Source: Mobula hypostoma | Taxonomy: Eukaryota | Assembly: GCF_963921235.1 (NCBI RefSeq) | Contig: NC_086109.1 | Span: 21,764,001-21,828,000 of the forward strand | Length of the DNA: 64,000 nt | Direction: 5' to 3' | Part shown: positions 27,187 to 40,410 of the stretch, piece after piece | How positions within the stretch are numbered: position 1 is the first letter of the stretch | How the letters are laid out: every line of letters starts with the position of its first letter | The notes under the pieces: model-generated | Seen by the model: only the letters and a program-made list of their open reading frames with translations | What the model was told of the DNA's origin: nothing | Database searches by the model: none | Position numbers and translations under genes: made by a program

Positions 27187-28274
27187 AACACGAGGAATTC
27201 TGCAGATGCTGGAAATTCAAGCAACACACATCAAAATTGCTGGTGAACGCAGCAGGCCAGGCAGCATCTCTAGGAAGAGGTACAGTCGATGTTTCGTGCC
27301 GAGATCCTTCGTCAGGACTAACTGAAGAAAGAGCTAGTAAGAGATTTGAAAGTGAGAGGGGGAGGGGGAGGTCCAAAATGATAGGAGAAGACAGGAGGGG
27401 GAGGGATAGAGCCAAGAGCTGGACAGGTGATAGGCAAAAGGGATATGAGAGGATCATGGGACAGGAGGCCCAGGGAGAAAGAAAAGGGGGAGGGGGGAAA
27501 TAAACCAGAGGATGGGCAAGGGGTATAGTGAGAGAGACAGAGGGAGAAAAAGGAGAGAGAGAGAAAGAATGTGTGTATACAAATAAATAACGGATGGGGT
27601 ACGAGGGGGAGGTGCGGCATTAGGTGGGCCTTCTATATATTGGCGAGACCCGACACAGACTGGGAGATCGTTTTGCTGAACACCTATGCTCTGTCCGCCA
27701 GAGAAAGCAGGATCTCCCAGTGGCCACATATTTTAATTCCACATCCCATTTCCATTCTGATATGTCTATCCACAGCCTCCTCTACTGTCAAGATGAAGCC
27801 ACTCTCAGGTTGGAGGAACAACACCTTATATTCCGTCTGGGTGGCCTCCAACCTGATGGCATGAACATTGACTTCTCTAACTTCCGCTAGGCCCCACCTC
27901 CCCCTCGTACCCCATCCGTTATTTATTTGTATACACACATTCTTTCTCTCTCTCTCCTTTTTCTCCCTCTGTCCCTCTCACTATACCCCTTGCCCATCCT
28001 CTGGGTTCCCCCCCCCTTTCCTTCTCCCTGGGCCTCCTGTCCCATGATCCTCTCGTATCCCCCTTGCCAATCACCTGTGCAGCTCTTGGCTCCATCCCTC
28101 CCCCTCCTGTCTTCTCCTATCATTTTGGATCTCCCCCTCCCCCTCCCACTTTCAAATCTCTTACTCGCTCTTCCTTCAGTTAGACCTGACGAAGGGTCTC
28201 GGCCCGAAACGTCAACTGAACCTCTTCCTAGAGATGCTGCCTGGCCTGCTGCGTTCACCAGCAACTTCGATGTG
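27187..28274. mobile_element. PLE fold-back insertion (1.1 kb) with partial GIY-YIG endonuclease
   Basis: Minus arm 27187-27623; plus arm starts GLLYIGETRHRLGDRFAEH (27624-27890). TSD TCTTTCA(C/T)GTGCTTA at 27172-27186 and 28275-28289. Confidence 0.9.
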
Positions 28275-28934
28275 TCTTTCATGTGCTTATTCAGTTCGCT
28301 TTTGGACATTACTCCATTGCTCAGCCAAGTTTGGATACAAAACAATGCAAATTTTAATCAAATTTTTCTGGTTCTGCTGCCAATTAAAACTGGATCCCCT
28401 TGCCTTGGAAATAATTTCGCTTGTCGTGCATGACTTTGAGCAGCTCTTCTAAATCTCTACTTTATGGACAGTGATTCTGATGAATGCCCTACTATAGTTA
28501 TTCATTTACCTGTGGCACAGTACAGGTTACCACTTATGATTCTGAATTTTACTCAAAGTTTTCAGGCAGGAGGTTCACAACACTTTCTAGATTGCACCTT
28601 AAAGCAGTGCCAATAGTTTTGAGAAATGGAAACCTGGAACCTTGTTCCAGAGCCTTTTATTCTGCCAGAAAGTAATTGAACACTTAAGTGATGTTTACTA
28701 TTGGGTATTTTGCATGTTTACCTATAGGAAATGTGTGGAGGCAATTGCTGTGTGATATACATCAGTGTGGTTCCATTGCTCAAATTTAAAAAGTGTGTTC
28801 CTTCCCTGAACCACATCAATGAATATAACACTCTTCAGTTACACAGCACTGCAAGATCTCTGTACTCTTCCCCTTCCAAAGTCAAGGTTGTGCTTGTTGT
28901 TTGATGCACACATACACAGATGCAACAGGTGCAA

Positions 28935-29520
28935 TGGCAAACTTACTGGGAGCATCATCGCAGGCATCAAAGCCTAGTATGGGAACACCGAGGCCTTTGA
29001 ACGGAAAATCCCACGAAAGGTAATGGCCCAGTACATCACAGGTAAAACCCTTCTGACCATTGAGCACATCTACGTGAAACATTGTTGTAGGAAAGCAGCA
29101 TCCATCATCAGAGATCCTCCCCACCCAGCCCATGCTCTTTTCTTGCTGCTGCCATCTGGTAGAAGGCACAAGTCCTCAGGACTTGCTCCACCTGGTTCAA
29201 GAACAGTTACAACTCTCAACCATCAGGCTCCTGAACAAAAGAGGATAACTACGGTCATCTATTAAGATGTTTCCACAACCAATAATTTGATTTTAAGGAC
29301 TATTTATCTTGTTATTTCATGCTCTTGTTATTTATTGCTATTTATTTATATTTGCATTTGCACATTTTGTTGTCTTCTATACTCTTGCTCTTCCATTGAT
29401 CCTGTTTAAAGTTACTATTCTATAGATTTGCTGAGTATGCCCACAAGAAAAATAATCTTAGGGTTGTATGTGGTGACATCTATGTACACTGATAATAAAT
29501 TTTACTTTGAACTTTGAACC
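28935..29520 (+). mobile_element. Rex/Babar- or L2-like LINE 3' fragment
   Basis: CCRKAASIIRDPPHPAHALFLLLPSGRR remnant and a (CTTTGAA)n tail. Confidence 0.7.
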
Positions 29521-29754
29521 TTGATAACATCGGGTGCTCCCAATGCGGCCTCCTCTATATTGGTGAGCCCCTTCATAAATTGGGGAACCGCTTCGTCAAG
29601 CAGCTCCACACCATCTGCCACAAGTGGGACTTGCCAGTGATCAAACATTTTAATTCCCATTCCCATTCCCATTCCAACATGTTGATCCATGGCAACACAC
29701 ATCAAAGTTGCTGGTGAAGGCAGCAGGCCAGGCAGCATCTCTAGGAAGAGGTGC

Positions 29755-29790
29755 AGTCGACGTTTCGGGCCGAGACCCTTCGTCAGGACT
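29755..29790 (-). ncRNA. Minimal type I hammerhead ribozyme motif (intact copy)
   Basis: Reverse complement reads AGUC CUGACGA AGGGUCUCGGCCC GAAA CGUC GACU: stem I AGUC/GACU, conserved core, stem II GGGU/GCCC, and a GUC cleavage triplet. Confidence 0.8.
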
Positions 29791-30092
29791 AACTGAAGGA
29801 AGAGTGAGTAATAGATTTGAAAGTGGGAGAGGGAGGGGGAGATCCAAAATGATAGGAGAAGACAGGAGGGGGAGGGATAGAGCCAAGAGCTGGACAGGTG
29901 ATTGGCAAAAGGGGTATGAGAGGATCATGGGACAGGAGGCCCAGGGAGAAAGAAAAGGGGGAAGGGGGGAAAAACCCAGAGGATGAGCAAGGGGTATAGT
30001 CAGAGGGACAGAGGGAGAAAAAGGAGAGAGAGAGAGAAAGAATGTGTGTATATAAATAAATAACGGATGGGGTACGAGGGGGAGGTGGGGCA

Positions 30093-31168
30093 TTAGCGGA
30101 AGTTAGAGAAGTCAATGTTCATGCCATCAGGTTGGAGGCCACCCAGATGGGATATAAGGTGTTGTTCCTCCAACCTGAGTGTGGCTTCATCTTTACAGTA
30201 AAGGAGGCCGTGGATAGACATATCAGAATGGGAATGGGATGTGGAATTAAAATGTGTGGCCACTGGGAGATCTTGCTTTCTCTGGTGGACAGAGCGTAGG
30301 TGTTCAGCAAAGCAGTCTCCCAGTCTGCGTCCGGTCTCGCCAATATATAAAAGGCCACATCGGGAGCACCGGATGCAGTATATCACCCCAGCCGACTCAC
30401 AGGTGAAGTGTCGCCTCACCTGGAAGGACTGTCTGGGGCCCTGAATTGTGGTAAGGGAGGAAGTGTAAGGGCATGTGTAGCACTTGTTCTGCTTACAAGG
30501 ATAAGTGCCAGGAGGGAGATCAGTGGGGAGGGATGGGGGGGACGAATGGACAAGGGAGTTGCGTAGGGAGCGATCCCTGCGGAATGCAGAGAGAGGGGGG
30601 GAGGGAAAGATGTGCTTAGTGGTGGGATCCCGTTGGAGGTGGCAGAAGTTACGGAGAATAATATGTTGGACCCAGAGGCTGGTGGGGTGGTAGGTGAGGA
30701 CCAGGGGAACCCTATTCCTAGTGGGGTGGTGGGAGGATGGAGTGAGAGCAGATGTGCGTGAAATGGGGGAGATGCGTTTGAGAGCAGAGTTGATGGTGGA
30801 GGAAGGGAAGCCCCTTTCTTTAAAAAAGGAGGACATCTCCCTCGTCCTGGAATGAAAAGCCTCATCCTGAGAGCAGATGCGGCAGAGATGCAAGAAGGGG
30901 ATGGCATTTTTGCAAGAGACAGGGTGAGAAGAGGAATAGTCCAGATAGCTGTGAGAGTCAGTAGGCTTATAGTAGACATCAGTAGATAAGCTGTCTCCAG
31001 AGATAGAGACAGAAAGATCTAGAAAGGGGAGGGAGGTGTCGGAAATGGACCAGGTAAACTTGAGGGCAGGGTGAAAGTTGGAGGCAAAGATAATGAAGTC
31101 AACAAGCTTAGCATGCGTGCAGGAAGTAACGCCAATGCAGTCGTCGATGTAGCGAAGGAAAAGTGGGG
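30093..31168 (-). pseudogene. 5'-truncated PLE ORF: RT C-terminal half, Cys-rich linker and GIY-YIG endonuclease (Neptune-like)
   Basis: LRYIDD catalytic motif, LPFLD, YYKPT..SYLDYSSSHP, CKQNKCYTC linker, VIYCIRC..CGLLYIGETGR, EH..HF, and a GMN C-terminus. Confidence 0.9.
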
Positions 31169-32767
31169 CACTCACTCCTGGCACTTATCCTTGTAAGCGG
31201 AACAAGTGATACTGTGTCCAGTGCTCCCGATGTGGCCTTCTATATATTGGCGAGACCCAACACAGACTGCGGGATCGTTTCACTGAACACCTACGCTCTG
31301 TCCGCCAGAGAAAGCAGGATCTCCCAGTGGCCACACATTTTAATTCCACATCCCATTCCCATTCTGATATGTCTATCCACGGCCTCCTCTACTGTAAAGA
31401 TGAAGCCACACTCAGGTTGGAGGAACAACACCTTATATTCCGTCTGGGTAGCCTCCAACCTGATGGCATGAACATTGACCTCTCTAACTTCCGCTAATGC
31501 CCCACCTCCTCCTTGTACCCCATCCGATATTTATTGATATACACACACATTCTTTTTCTCTCTCTCCTTTTTCTCCCTCTGTCCCTCTGACTATACCCCT
31601 TGCCCATCCTCTGGGTTCCCCCCCCCTTTCCTTTTCCCTGGGCCTCCTGTCCCATGATCCTCTCATAGCCCTTTTGCCAATCACCTGTCCAGCTCTTGGC
31701 TCCATCCCTCCCCCTCCTGTCTTCTCCTATCATTTTGGATCTCCCCCTCCCCCTCCCACTTTCAAATCTCTTACTAGCTCTTCTTTCAGTTAGTCCTGAC
31801 GAAGGGTCTCGGCCCGAAACGTCAACTGTACCTCTTCCTAGAGATGCTGCTTGGCCTGCTGCGTTCACCAGCAACTTTGATGTGTGTTGCTTGAATTTCC
31901 AGCATCTGCAGAATTCCTCGTGTTTATGTTGATCCATGGCCTCTTCTTGTGCCAAGATGAAGCCACCCTCATGATGGAGGAGCAACACCTTATAGTAGCC
32001 TCCAACCTGATGGCATAAGTATCGATTTCACCTTCCCGTGAACAAATTCCACCCCACACACACACACCCCCCCAACTTCCTCTATCGCCCACTTCGACCT
32101 TTCACTTCTCCTCAATCTGCTCCTCCTTCCCTTTCTCCTATTGTCCACTCTCCTCTCCTATCAGGTTCTTTCTTCTCCAGCTATTGGCCTTCCCCACCCA
32201 CTGGGCTTCACCTATCACTTTCCAACTGGCCTCCATCCACTCCCCCCCACCACCTTTTATTCTAGCATCTCCCCCCCCACCACTCCTTCTCAGTCTTGAA
32301 GAAGGTTCTCAGCCCAAAGAATCGACTGTTTACTCTCTTCCATAGCTGCTGCCTGACCTTCTGAGTTCCTCCAGCATCCGAGTGTGTCGCTTCATATAAG
32401 CAGCACTCACAAGAAAAGCATAAATTAAAAATAAGTTAAACATTTAATGCTCCAGTCCCTTGTATACACACCAGATTTTGTTGGTTTGTGTTTAACAGCT
32501 CTTCCTTTAGCTGTCTGGCACAAAGCTCTGGAATTCTTTCCTCCTTGTTTTTCCACTCCCCGCTTCTCCTTTCAATCACTTCTTAAAATCTGCCTTTTGG
32601 ATCAAGCATTTTAATCCACTATCTCAATATCTCCTTACTTTATCATCAAATACGCCTGGACGATATACTTACAACAAAGTCACTGTATAAATACAAGTGA
32701 CTTTTAATAGAACATAGAATAGTACAGCACACTACAGGCCCTTCGGCCCACAATGTTGTGCCGACCC

Positions 32768-35635
32768 TCAAACCCTGCCTCCCATATAAGCCCCCACTTT
32801 AAATTCCTCCATATACCTGTCTAGTAGTCTCTTAAACTTCACTAGTGTATCTGCCTCCACCACTGACTCAGGTGTGCATTCCACGCACCAACCACTCTGA
32901 GTAAAAAACCTTCCTCTAATATCCCCCTTGAACTTCCCACCCCTTACCTTAAAGCCATGTCCTCTTGTATTGAGCAGTGGTGCCCTGGGGAAGAGGCGCT
33001 GGCTATCCACTCTATCTATTCCTCTTATTATCTTGTACACCTCTATGTCTCCTCTCATCCTCCTTCTCTCCAAAGAGCAAAGCCCTAGCTCCCTTAATCT
33101 CTGATCATAATGCATACTCTCTAAACCAGGCAGCATCCTGGTAAATCTCCTCTGTACCCTTTCCAATGCTTTGACATCCTTCCTATAGTGAGGTGACCAG
33201 AACTGGACACAGTACTCCAAGTGTGGCCTAACCAGAGTTTTATAGAGCTGCATCATTACATCGCGACTCTTAAACTCTATCCCTCAACTTATGAAAGCTA
33301 ACACCCCATAAGCTTTCTTAACTACCCTATCCACCTGTGAGGCAACTTTCAGGGATCTGTGGACATGTACCCCCAGATCCCTCTGCTCCTCCACACTACC
33401 AAGTTTCCTGCCATTTACTTTGTACTCTGCCTTGGAGTTTGTCCTTCCAAAGTGTACCACCTCACACTTCTCAGGGTTGAACTCCATCTGCCACTTCTCA
33501 GCCCACTTCTGCATCCTATCAATGTCTCTCTGCAATCTTTGACAATCCTCTACACTGTCTACAACACCACCAACCTTTGTGTCGTCTGCAAACTTGCCAA
33601 CCCACCCTTCTACCCCCATATCCAGGTCGTTAATAAAAATCATGAAAAGTAGAGGTCCCAGAACAGATCCTTGTGGGACACCACTAGTCACAATCCTCCA
33701 ATCTGAATGTACTCCCTCCACCACCACCCTCTGCCTTCTGCAGGTAAGCCAATTCTGAATCCACCTGGCCAAACTTCCCTGGATCCCATGCCTTCTAACT
33801 TTCTGAATAAGCCTACCGTGTGGAACCTTGTCAAATGCCTTACTAAAATCCATATAGATCACATCCACTGCACTACCCTCATCTATATGCCTGGTCACCT
33901 CCTCAAAGAACTCTATCAGGCTTGTTAGACACGATCTGCCCTTCACAAAGCCATGCTGACTGTCCCTGATCAGACCATGATTCTCTAAATGCCTATAGAT
34001 CCCATCTCTAAGAATCTTTTCCAACAGCTTTCCCACCACAGACGTAAGGCTCACTGGTCTATAATTACCCGGACTATCCCTACTACCTTTTTTGAACAAG
34101 GGGACAACATTCGCCTCCCTCCAATCCTCCGGTACCATTCCCGTGGACAACTAGGACATAAAGATCCTAGCCAGAGGCTCAGCAATCTCTTCTCTCACCT
34201 TGTGGAGCAACCTGGGGAATATTCCGTCAGACCCCGGGGACTTATCTGTCCTAATGTATTTTAACAACTCCAACACCTCCTCTCCCTTAATATCAATATG
34301 CTCCAGAACATCAACCTCACTCATATTGTCCCTCTCATTGGGGAATACCGAAGAGAAGTATTCACTGAGGACCTCACTCACTTCCACAGCCTCCAGGCAC
34401 ATCTTCCCACCTTTATCTCTAATCGGTCCTACCTTCACTCCTGTCATCCTTTTTTTCTTCACATAATTGAAGAATGCCTTGGGGTTTTCCTTTACCCTAC
34501 TCGCCAAGGCCTTTTCATGTCCCCTTCTTGCTCTTCTTAGCTCCTTCTTAAGCTCCTTTCTTGCTTCCCTATATTCCTCAATAGACCCATCTAATCCTTG
34601 CTTCCTAAACCTCATGTATGCTGCCTTCTTCCACCTGACTAGATTTTCCACTTCACTTGTCACCCATGGTTCCTTCACCCTACCATTCTTTATCTTCCTC
34701 ACCAGGACAAATTTATCCCTTACATCCCGCAAGAGATCTCTAAACATCGACCACATGTCCATAGTACATTTCCCTGCAAAAACATCATCCCAATTCACAC
34801 CCGCAAGTTCTAGCCTTAAAGCCTCATAATTTGCCTTTCCCCAATTAAAAATTTTCCTGTCCTCTCTGATTCTATCCTTTTCCATGATAATGCTAAAGGC
34901 CAGGGAGCAGTGGTCACTGTCCCCCAGATGCTCACCCACTGAGAGATCTGTGAGCTGACCCGGTTCATTACCTAGTACTAGATCTAGTATGGCATTCCCC
35001 CTGGTCGGCCTGTCCACATACTGTGACAGGAATCCGTCCTGGACACACTTAACAAACTCTGCCCCATCTAAACCCTTGGAACTAATCAGGTGCCAATCAA
35101 TATTAGGGAAGTTAAAGTCACCCATGATAACAACCCTGTTATTTTTGCACCTTTCCAAAATCTGCCTCCCAATCTGCTCCTCTGTATCTCTGCTGCTACC
35201 AGGGGGCCTATAGAATACCCCCAATAGAGTAACTGCTCCCTTCCTGTTCCTGACTTCCACCCATATTGACTCAAAAGAGGATCCTGCTACATTACCCACC
35301 CTTTCTGTAGCTGTAATAGTATCCCTGACCAGTAATGCCACCCCTCCTCCCCTTTTTCCACCCTCTCTATCCCTTTTAAAGCACTGAAATCCAGGAATAT
35401 TGAGAATCCATTCCTGCCCTGGTGCCAGCCAAGTTTCTGTAATGGCCACTACATCATAATTCCATGTATGTATCCAAGCTCTCAGTTCATCACCTTTGTT
35501 CCTGATGCTTCTTGCATTGAGGTACACACATTTCAGCCCTTCTACCTTACTGTCTTTACACCATTTATTCTGCTTCTCTTTCCTCAAAGCCAATCTGTAT
35601 GTTAGATCTGGCTTTACTCCATGCACTTCTTTCAT
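32768..35635 (-). pseudogene. CR1 ORF2 (APE endonuclease and RT)
   Basis: YLNARSI, ITETW, MGDFN, SDH, NYRPVSLTS, GVPQGSVLGP, FADD. In-frame stops at 34151-34153 (TAG) and 33284-33286 (TGA), plus small frameshifts near 32900. Confidence 0.92.
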
Positions 35636-35670
35636 TGCTCTATCGCTGTGGGTCCCAGCCCCCTTGCAAA

Positions 35671-36613
35671 TTAGTTTAAACCCTCCCGAACCATGCTAGC
35701 AAAACCTACCTGCAAGGATATTGCTCTCCCTCGAGTTCAGGTGCAACGCATTCAATCTGTACAGGTCCCACCTTCCCCAGAAGAGATCCCAATGATCTAA
35801 AAATCTAAAACCCTGCTCCCTGCACCAACTCCTCAGCCACGCATTCAACTGCCATCTCCTCCAATTCTTACCATCACTGTCACGTAGCACTGGCAGCCAT
35901 CCTGAGAACGTCACTCTTGAGGTCCTGTTCTTCAGCCTTCTGCCTAGTTCCCGAAACTCACACTTCAGGACCTCATCCCTCTTCCTGCCTATGTCGTTGG
36001 TCCCAACATGTATCACGACTTCTGGTTGCTTTCCCTCTCGTACCAGAATGTCGTGCACCCAGTCAGAGACATCCCGGACCCTAGCACCCAGGAGGCAACA
36101 AACCATGCGGCTGTCCTTCTCACGTCCACAAAATCTCCTGTCTGCTCCCCTGACTATAGAGTCTCCAATGACGACAGCTCTCTGCTTCTCCGTCCCACCC
36201 TTCTGCACCACAGGGTCAGACTCAGTGCCGGAGGCCCTGCCACCATGGCTCACACCTGGTTGGTCGTCCCCGCCAGCAGTATCCAGGATGGTAAACTTAT
36301 TATTCAGGGGAATGGCTACAGGGCTGCTCTGCACTACCTGTCTGTTCACCTTCGCTTTCCCCCCTCTGACTGTCACCCAACGACCTGCTTCCGACAGCCT
36401 AGGTGTGACTACCTCCCTGTAGCTCTCATCTATGACTGCCTCATTCTCCCTTATGAGTCGAAGGTCATCCAGCTGCTGCTCCAGATTCCTTACACGGTTT
36501 TCCAGATCACCCAGCCGTCTGCACTTCTGGCAGATGTGACTCTGCGGGAGAGGGGAGTTCCCCCAAGACTGCCACATCTCACATGAGAGGCACATCACCG
36601 TCACAGGAGACAT
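35671..36613 (-). pseudogene. CR1 ORF1 (zinc finger/leucine zipper plus SGNH esterase)
   Basis: CLSC...CQKC, a coiled coil, VVIGDSIVRG, HVGTND and LHLN. A +1 T near 35700 shifts the natural end GRFASMVREGLN*. Confidence 0.85.
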
Positions 36614-37049
36614 TGTAAAAACTAACTGCGAGCTAGCTTGCCCTCCGGCTCTTCTCGTCGAAGTCTCTCAAGTCAAAGCCTGAAAGCTCCACTCCTTCAC
36701 TGGCCCACTCATGCTCTGGCCGCTTTGCTTGAGCTATCCCTCTATTTATCTGTTTGAGCTTTTCAAAATGTTTGGTCACCTGACTTCGACTGCCCAATCA
36801 GCTGCTTTCTGCTGAGTCTGAGCTATTCAAATCTTGATTGTCTAATCAACGGCTTTCTGCTGATCTATTCAAATCTTGATTGACTTGATTGCACAGACCA
36901 ACTGCCGAAACTTCCAGAATCTCTCGAGTCAAAGCCTGAAAGCTCCACTCCTTCACTGGCCCGCTCACGCTCTGGCCACTTTCCACTTCTGATTCTGTTA
37001 TGTTTATTCAGAAAATTCCCCTATATCTTCTTTTTCAAAAAGGCGTGAT

Positions 37050-38050
37050 ATTATTGGTATTGGTTTTTAATTGTCAAACGTACCAAGATGAATGTATGCT
37101 TTTCTTGCATACTGTTCATATAGATCAAATCATTGCATCGTGCACTGAGGTACAATGAGGTAAAACAATAACAATGTAGAGTACAGTGTAAAATCTACCC
37201 AAAAAAAGTGTAGTACAGTAGCTAAATGATGAAGTGCAAAATCATAATCAGGTAGATTGTGAGGTGAAGAGTCCATTTTATCATACAGGAGGTCAATTCA
37301 AGAGACTGATAACATTGGTATAGAAACTGTCCTTAAGCCTGGTGGTTCATGCATTCAGGATTTTTATCTCCTGTCTGATGAGACAAGGGAGAAGTGACAA
37401 TGTCTGAGGTGGATAGCGCCTGATTGTGCTGGCTGCTTTACTGAGGCAGCAGGAAGTATAGATAGAATGCATGGACGGGAGGTTAGTTCCTGTGGTGTGC
37501 TGAACTGTGTCTACAACTCTCTGCAGTTCCTTGCAGTGCAAGTATGATGCTCTCTATGGAGTATTGATAAGAATTGGCAAGGCTCGATGGGGATATGCCA
37601 AAATTATTTAGCCTCTTGAAGAAGTGGAGGCATTGTGAGCTTACTTGGCCATGGCATCAATGTGGTTAGACCAGGACAGGCCATTGGTGATATTCACACC
37701 TCGGCACTTGAAGCTCTCAACACTGTTGAAGTAGACGGGAACATGTGCTCCGCCCCCCTTTCTGAAGTCAATGACTAACTTGTTTATTTTGTTTACATTG
37801 AGGAGAAGGGTGTCATAACGCCATTGTCATTAAGCTCTCTTACTTCTTCCTGTTCTCTGACTCATTGCTATTTGAGATGACGCCCACAATGGTGTATCGC
37901 CTGCAAACTTGTAGATGAGGGTTTCCCAGCCTTTTTTAAGCCATGGACCAGCACCACTAAGCATGAACCTCAGGCTGGGAACCCCTGTTGTAGACAGAGT
38001 TACAGAAGGAAGTGGCCCTGCAGTGATGAGTATACATAGAGCAGAGTAGG
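37050..38050 (-). mobile_element. Rex/Babar-like LINE fragment
   Basis: HCKELQRVVDTVQHTTGTNLPS...CCLSKAASTI remnant and an (ATTGGT)n tail. Confidence 0.65.
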
Positions 38051-38842
38051 GGCAACAGTTAGTCCCAAAATACTGACCCTAGATGCTCAGCATAAACTGT
38101 GCTGTGTATCTGCTCTAGAAATAGGTGCAAACACAATACGGTTGCACATATCAGGTTCAGTGCTGACCAGTATCAGGAAATGGTTGTGGAAAGCCATACA
38201 TTGACATGTTCAAAGACAAATTTCCATTTTTAATTACAAAATTAAATACTTTATTTTAAAGAAAATTTAAAGGCATGCACAATTTGTGCAAACACTTCAA
38301 ACATCCAATACATTCCAAACTATTCAGAATCCACTTACCCTTGTTTACATTACATTCAATGATACACTTTATGAGAGGGAATGGCACTAAACAGTAACCT
38401 CCGTCCAAACTTGCTTGCATGCACCACCCTCTTCTATACAATGTATAACAGGCGCCTAAAATGAGTATATTAACCACAAAACCCAGCCAAACAGGAACTC
38501 TGTTCATAGCTAACAGTGGTCATGGGAAGATAAGAAAAACAAAGTCAGCCCAATAAGTTTGTTCCACACTTCAAATACTGCATGCAGATTTGTTACCTAA
38601 CCAACCACTTTGACTCTGAATCTCTGAATCCACTGGCATGATAGAAATCTGGATTTACAATAATTTGACCTTCATCCATTCAGTTTTCTTCAGTTTCATC
38701 ACCTTTATTTAGTGATTAACATTCTCCCCTCATTCCTTTCAGTGTGCCATTGGCCAATTCAGACACACTCATGGAATCAACATTTCTTTGTGAGGATGAA
38801 CACAAAGTTTTATATATGGCAATTCATGAAACAATAGTGATT

Positions 38843-39042
38843 ACAACAGGAATTCTGCAGATGCTGGAAATTCAAGCAACACACATCAAAGTTGCTGGTG
38901 AACGCAGCAGGCCAGGCAGCATCTCTAGGAAAAGGTACAGTCGACGTTTCAGGCCGAGACCCTTCGTCAGGAAACGTCGACTGTACCTCTTCCTAGAGAT
39001 GCTGCCGGGCCTGCTGCGTTCACCAGCAACTTTGATGTATGT
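38843..39042. mobile_element. PLE fold-back insertion (200 bp)
   Basis: Arms join as ...CTTCGTCAG|GAAACGTCGAC. TSD TGAAACAAT(A/G)GTGATT at 38827-38842 and 39043-39058. Confidence 0.88.
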
Positions 39043-39949
39043 TGAAACAATGGTGATTGCAAGTTTCTTGTTCAAAGTACTATCAATAAAGACACTTGCC
39101 ATCCGCAATTAGGTCTTCATTATGGTAAGCAGTCGTGAATCCACTGACTCGTATTTTATCTGTCCATTTACAAAGTAATTACCCCTCCCTCTATGGCATG
39201 CTGATTTAAAAAACAGCTAGCTCAATGGGGAGCATGAGCACAATTATTAACCTGGCTATCTCTCCTTTTGTCAGGCTCACAGATAAGGACTTAAAGAGTA
39301 TACTTTGACTGATTACGCAACAACTAATTTGAATTGCCTCTTCATGTTATCACAATGCTGCCATAAATGCCTTGGAATAGTTTTACCACATTAAAGGCAC
39401 TGCTAATTCTGTTCTTTCTGTTATATTTCTTTTGAGGATCTCCCTGTACATTAATTTTCCATTTCCAGAAGGGGCTATAGCAACAGCTGATCCCAAAAAG
39501 CTGACCTTATCTGCTCGATAGAAACCCTCATGACTCACCCCACATGGCCCCTGTCAGTCACTGGAAATTCAGTCCGCAGATCGCTGGCCCAATTTCTATC
39601 TGGTCACTGCTGTACAGTCTGCACTAGAAACAGATGCAAACAATGTAATGCATCAGTCTGGTTTAGTGCCCCCACAGCTTCAAGACATGGTCTTTAACAA
39701 ATGTGAAATCATAATTAACATATGCAAAAGCCTATTAGTTTTCAATAACACTTAAAAACTTTATTTCAGAAAATCTTTATAGAGATGCACAATTTCATAC
39801 TTTTGCATCCAATACATCCTTTGTCATGCATAGCTCATGTATGTTTAAATAACATCTATAGAATACCTCTCATCTATTATATACAAGAGAGGTTAGGAGG
39901 CAGTGGCACTACAGTGGTAGCCATCATTCATATACCTCCTACATCCACC

Positions 39950-40410
39950 AACTAAGAACCAGCTAAGATGGAGCAGTCATGTTGTTTGGATGAAAGACGA
40001 ACGTCTGCCGAAACAAATCTTCTACTCCCAGCTTAAAGAAGGCAAATGTAAAAGAGACGGACAACAGAAGAGATTCAAAGACATCTTAATAGCCAACATG
40101 AAGAAATGTAACATTGACATCAACAATTGGGAAACCAGTTCCCAGGACAGGAAACTCTGGCAAGCCGTCATCCGAGGAGGAACAGCAACTTTCGAAGCCA
40201 ACAGATGTGCAGAATTAGAAGAAAAGAGAAGAAAATGGAAAGAGAGGCAGCAACAATCAAAGCCCGATCTGCCATCTGGAACTACCTGTCCTGAATGCGG
40301 AAGAACTTTCAAAGCCAAAATTGGACTCATAAGCCACTTGAGAGCCCATAAATAGATCAATAGAACGAAGACCATCATCCCCGACCTCGAGGGATAGCCA
40401 CGATGACAAC
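39950..40410 (+). mobile_element. RTE-clade LINE 3' fragment with a C-terminal C2H2 finger
   Basis: LRWSSHV..M.DERLPKQIFYSQL...KRFKD...DRKLW...CPECGRTFKAKIGLISHLRAH*. Confidence 0.8.

Larger units (their letters stand above)
29694..31925. mobile_element. Penelope-like element, 2.2 kb fold-back insertion
   Basis: Minus arm 29694 to about 31168 and plus arm about 31176-31925, the latter with an internal deletion. Perfect TSD ATGTTGATCCATGGC at 29679-29693 and 31926-31940. Confidence 0.92.
29521..32390 (+). mobile_element. Older PLE fragment (GIY-YIG plus 3' end) split by a younger PLE
   Basis: CSQCGLLYIGE...HFNSHSHSHSNMLIHG (29521-29693) resumes after 31940 as LFLCQDEATL..EEQHLI. Decayed hammerhead near 32291-32327. 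Confidence 0.8.
32708..36990 (-). mobile_element. Near full-length CR1 LINE (inactivated)
   Basis: 5' UTR with internal repeats, ORF1, ORF2 (EN and RT), and a 3' tail TACTATTCTATGTTCTAT. Confidence 0.95.

Noticed and set aside
38230..38740. UTR-like block with minus-strand AATAAA near 38250
   Set aside because: No linked coding exon identified; composition alone is insufficient.
40280..40355. C2H2 zinc-finger host gene
   Set aside because: The single finger is the C-terminus of an RTE LINE ORF.
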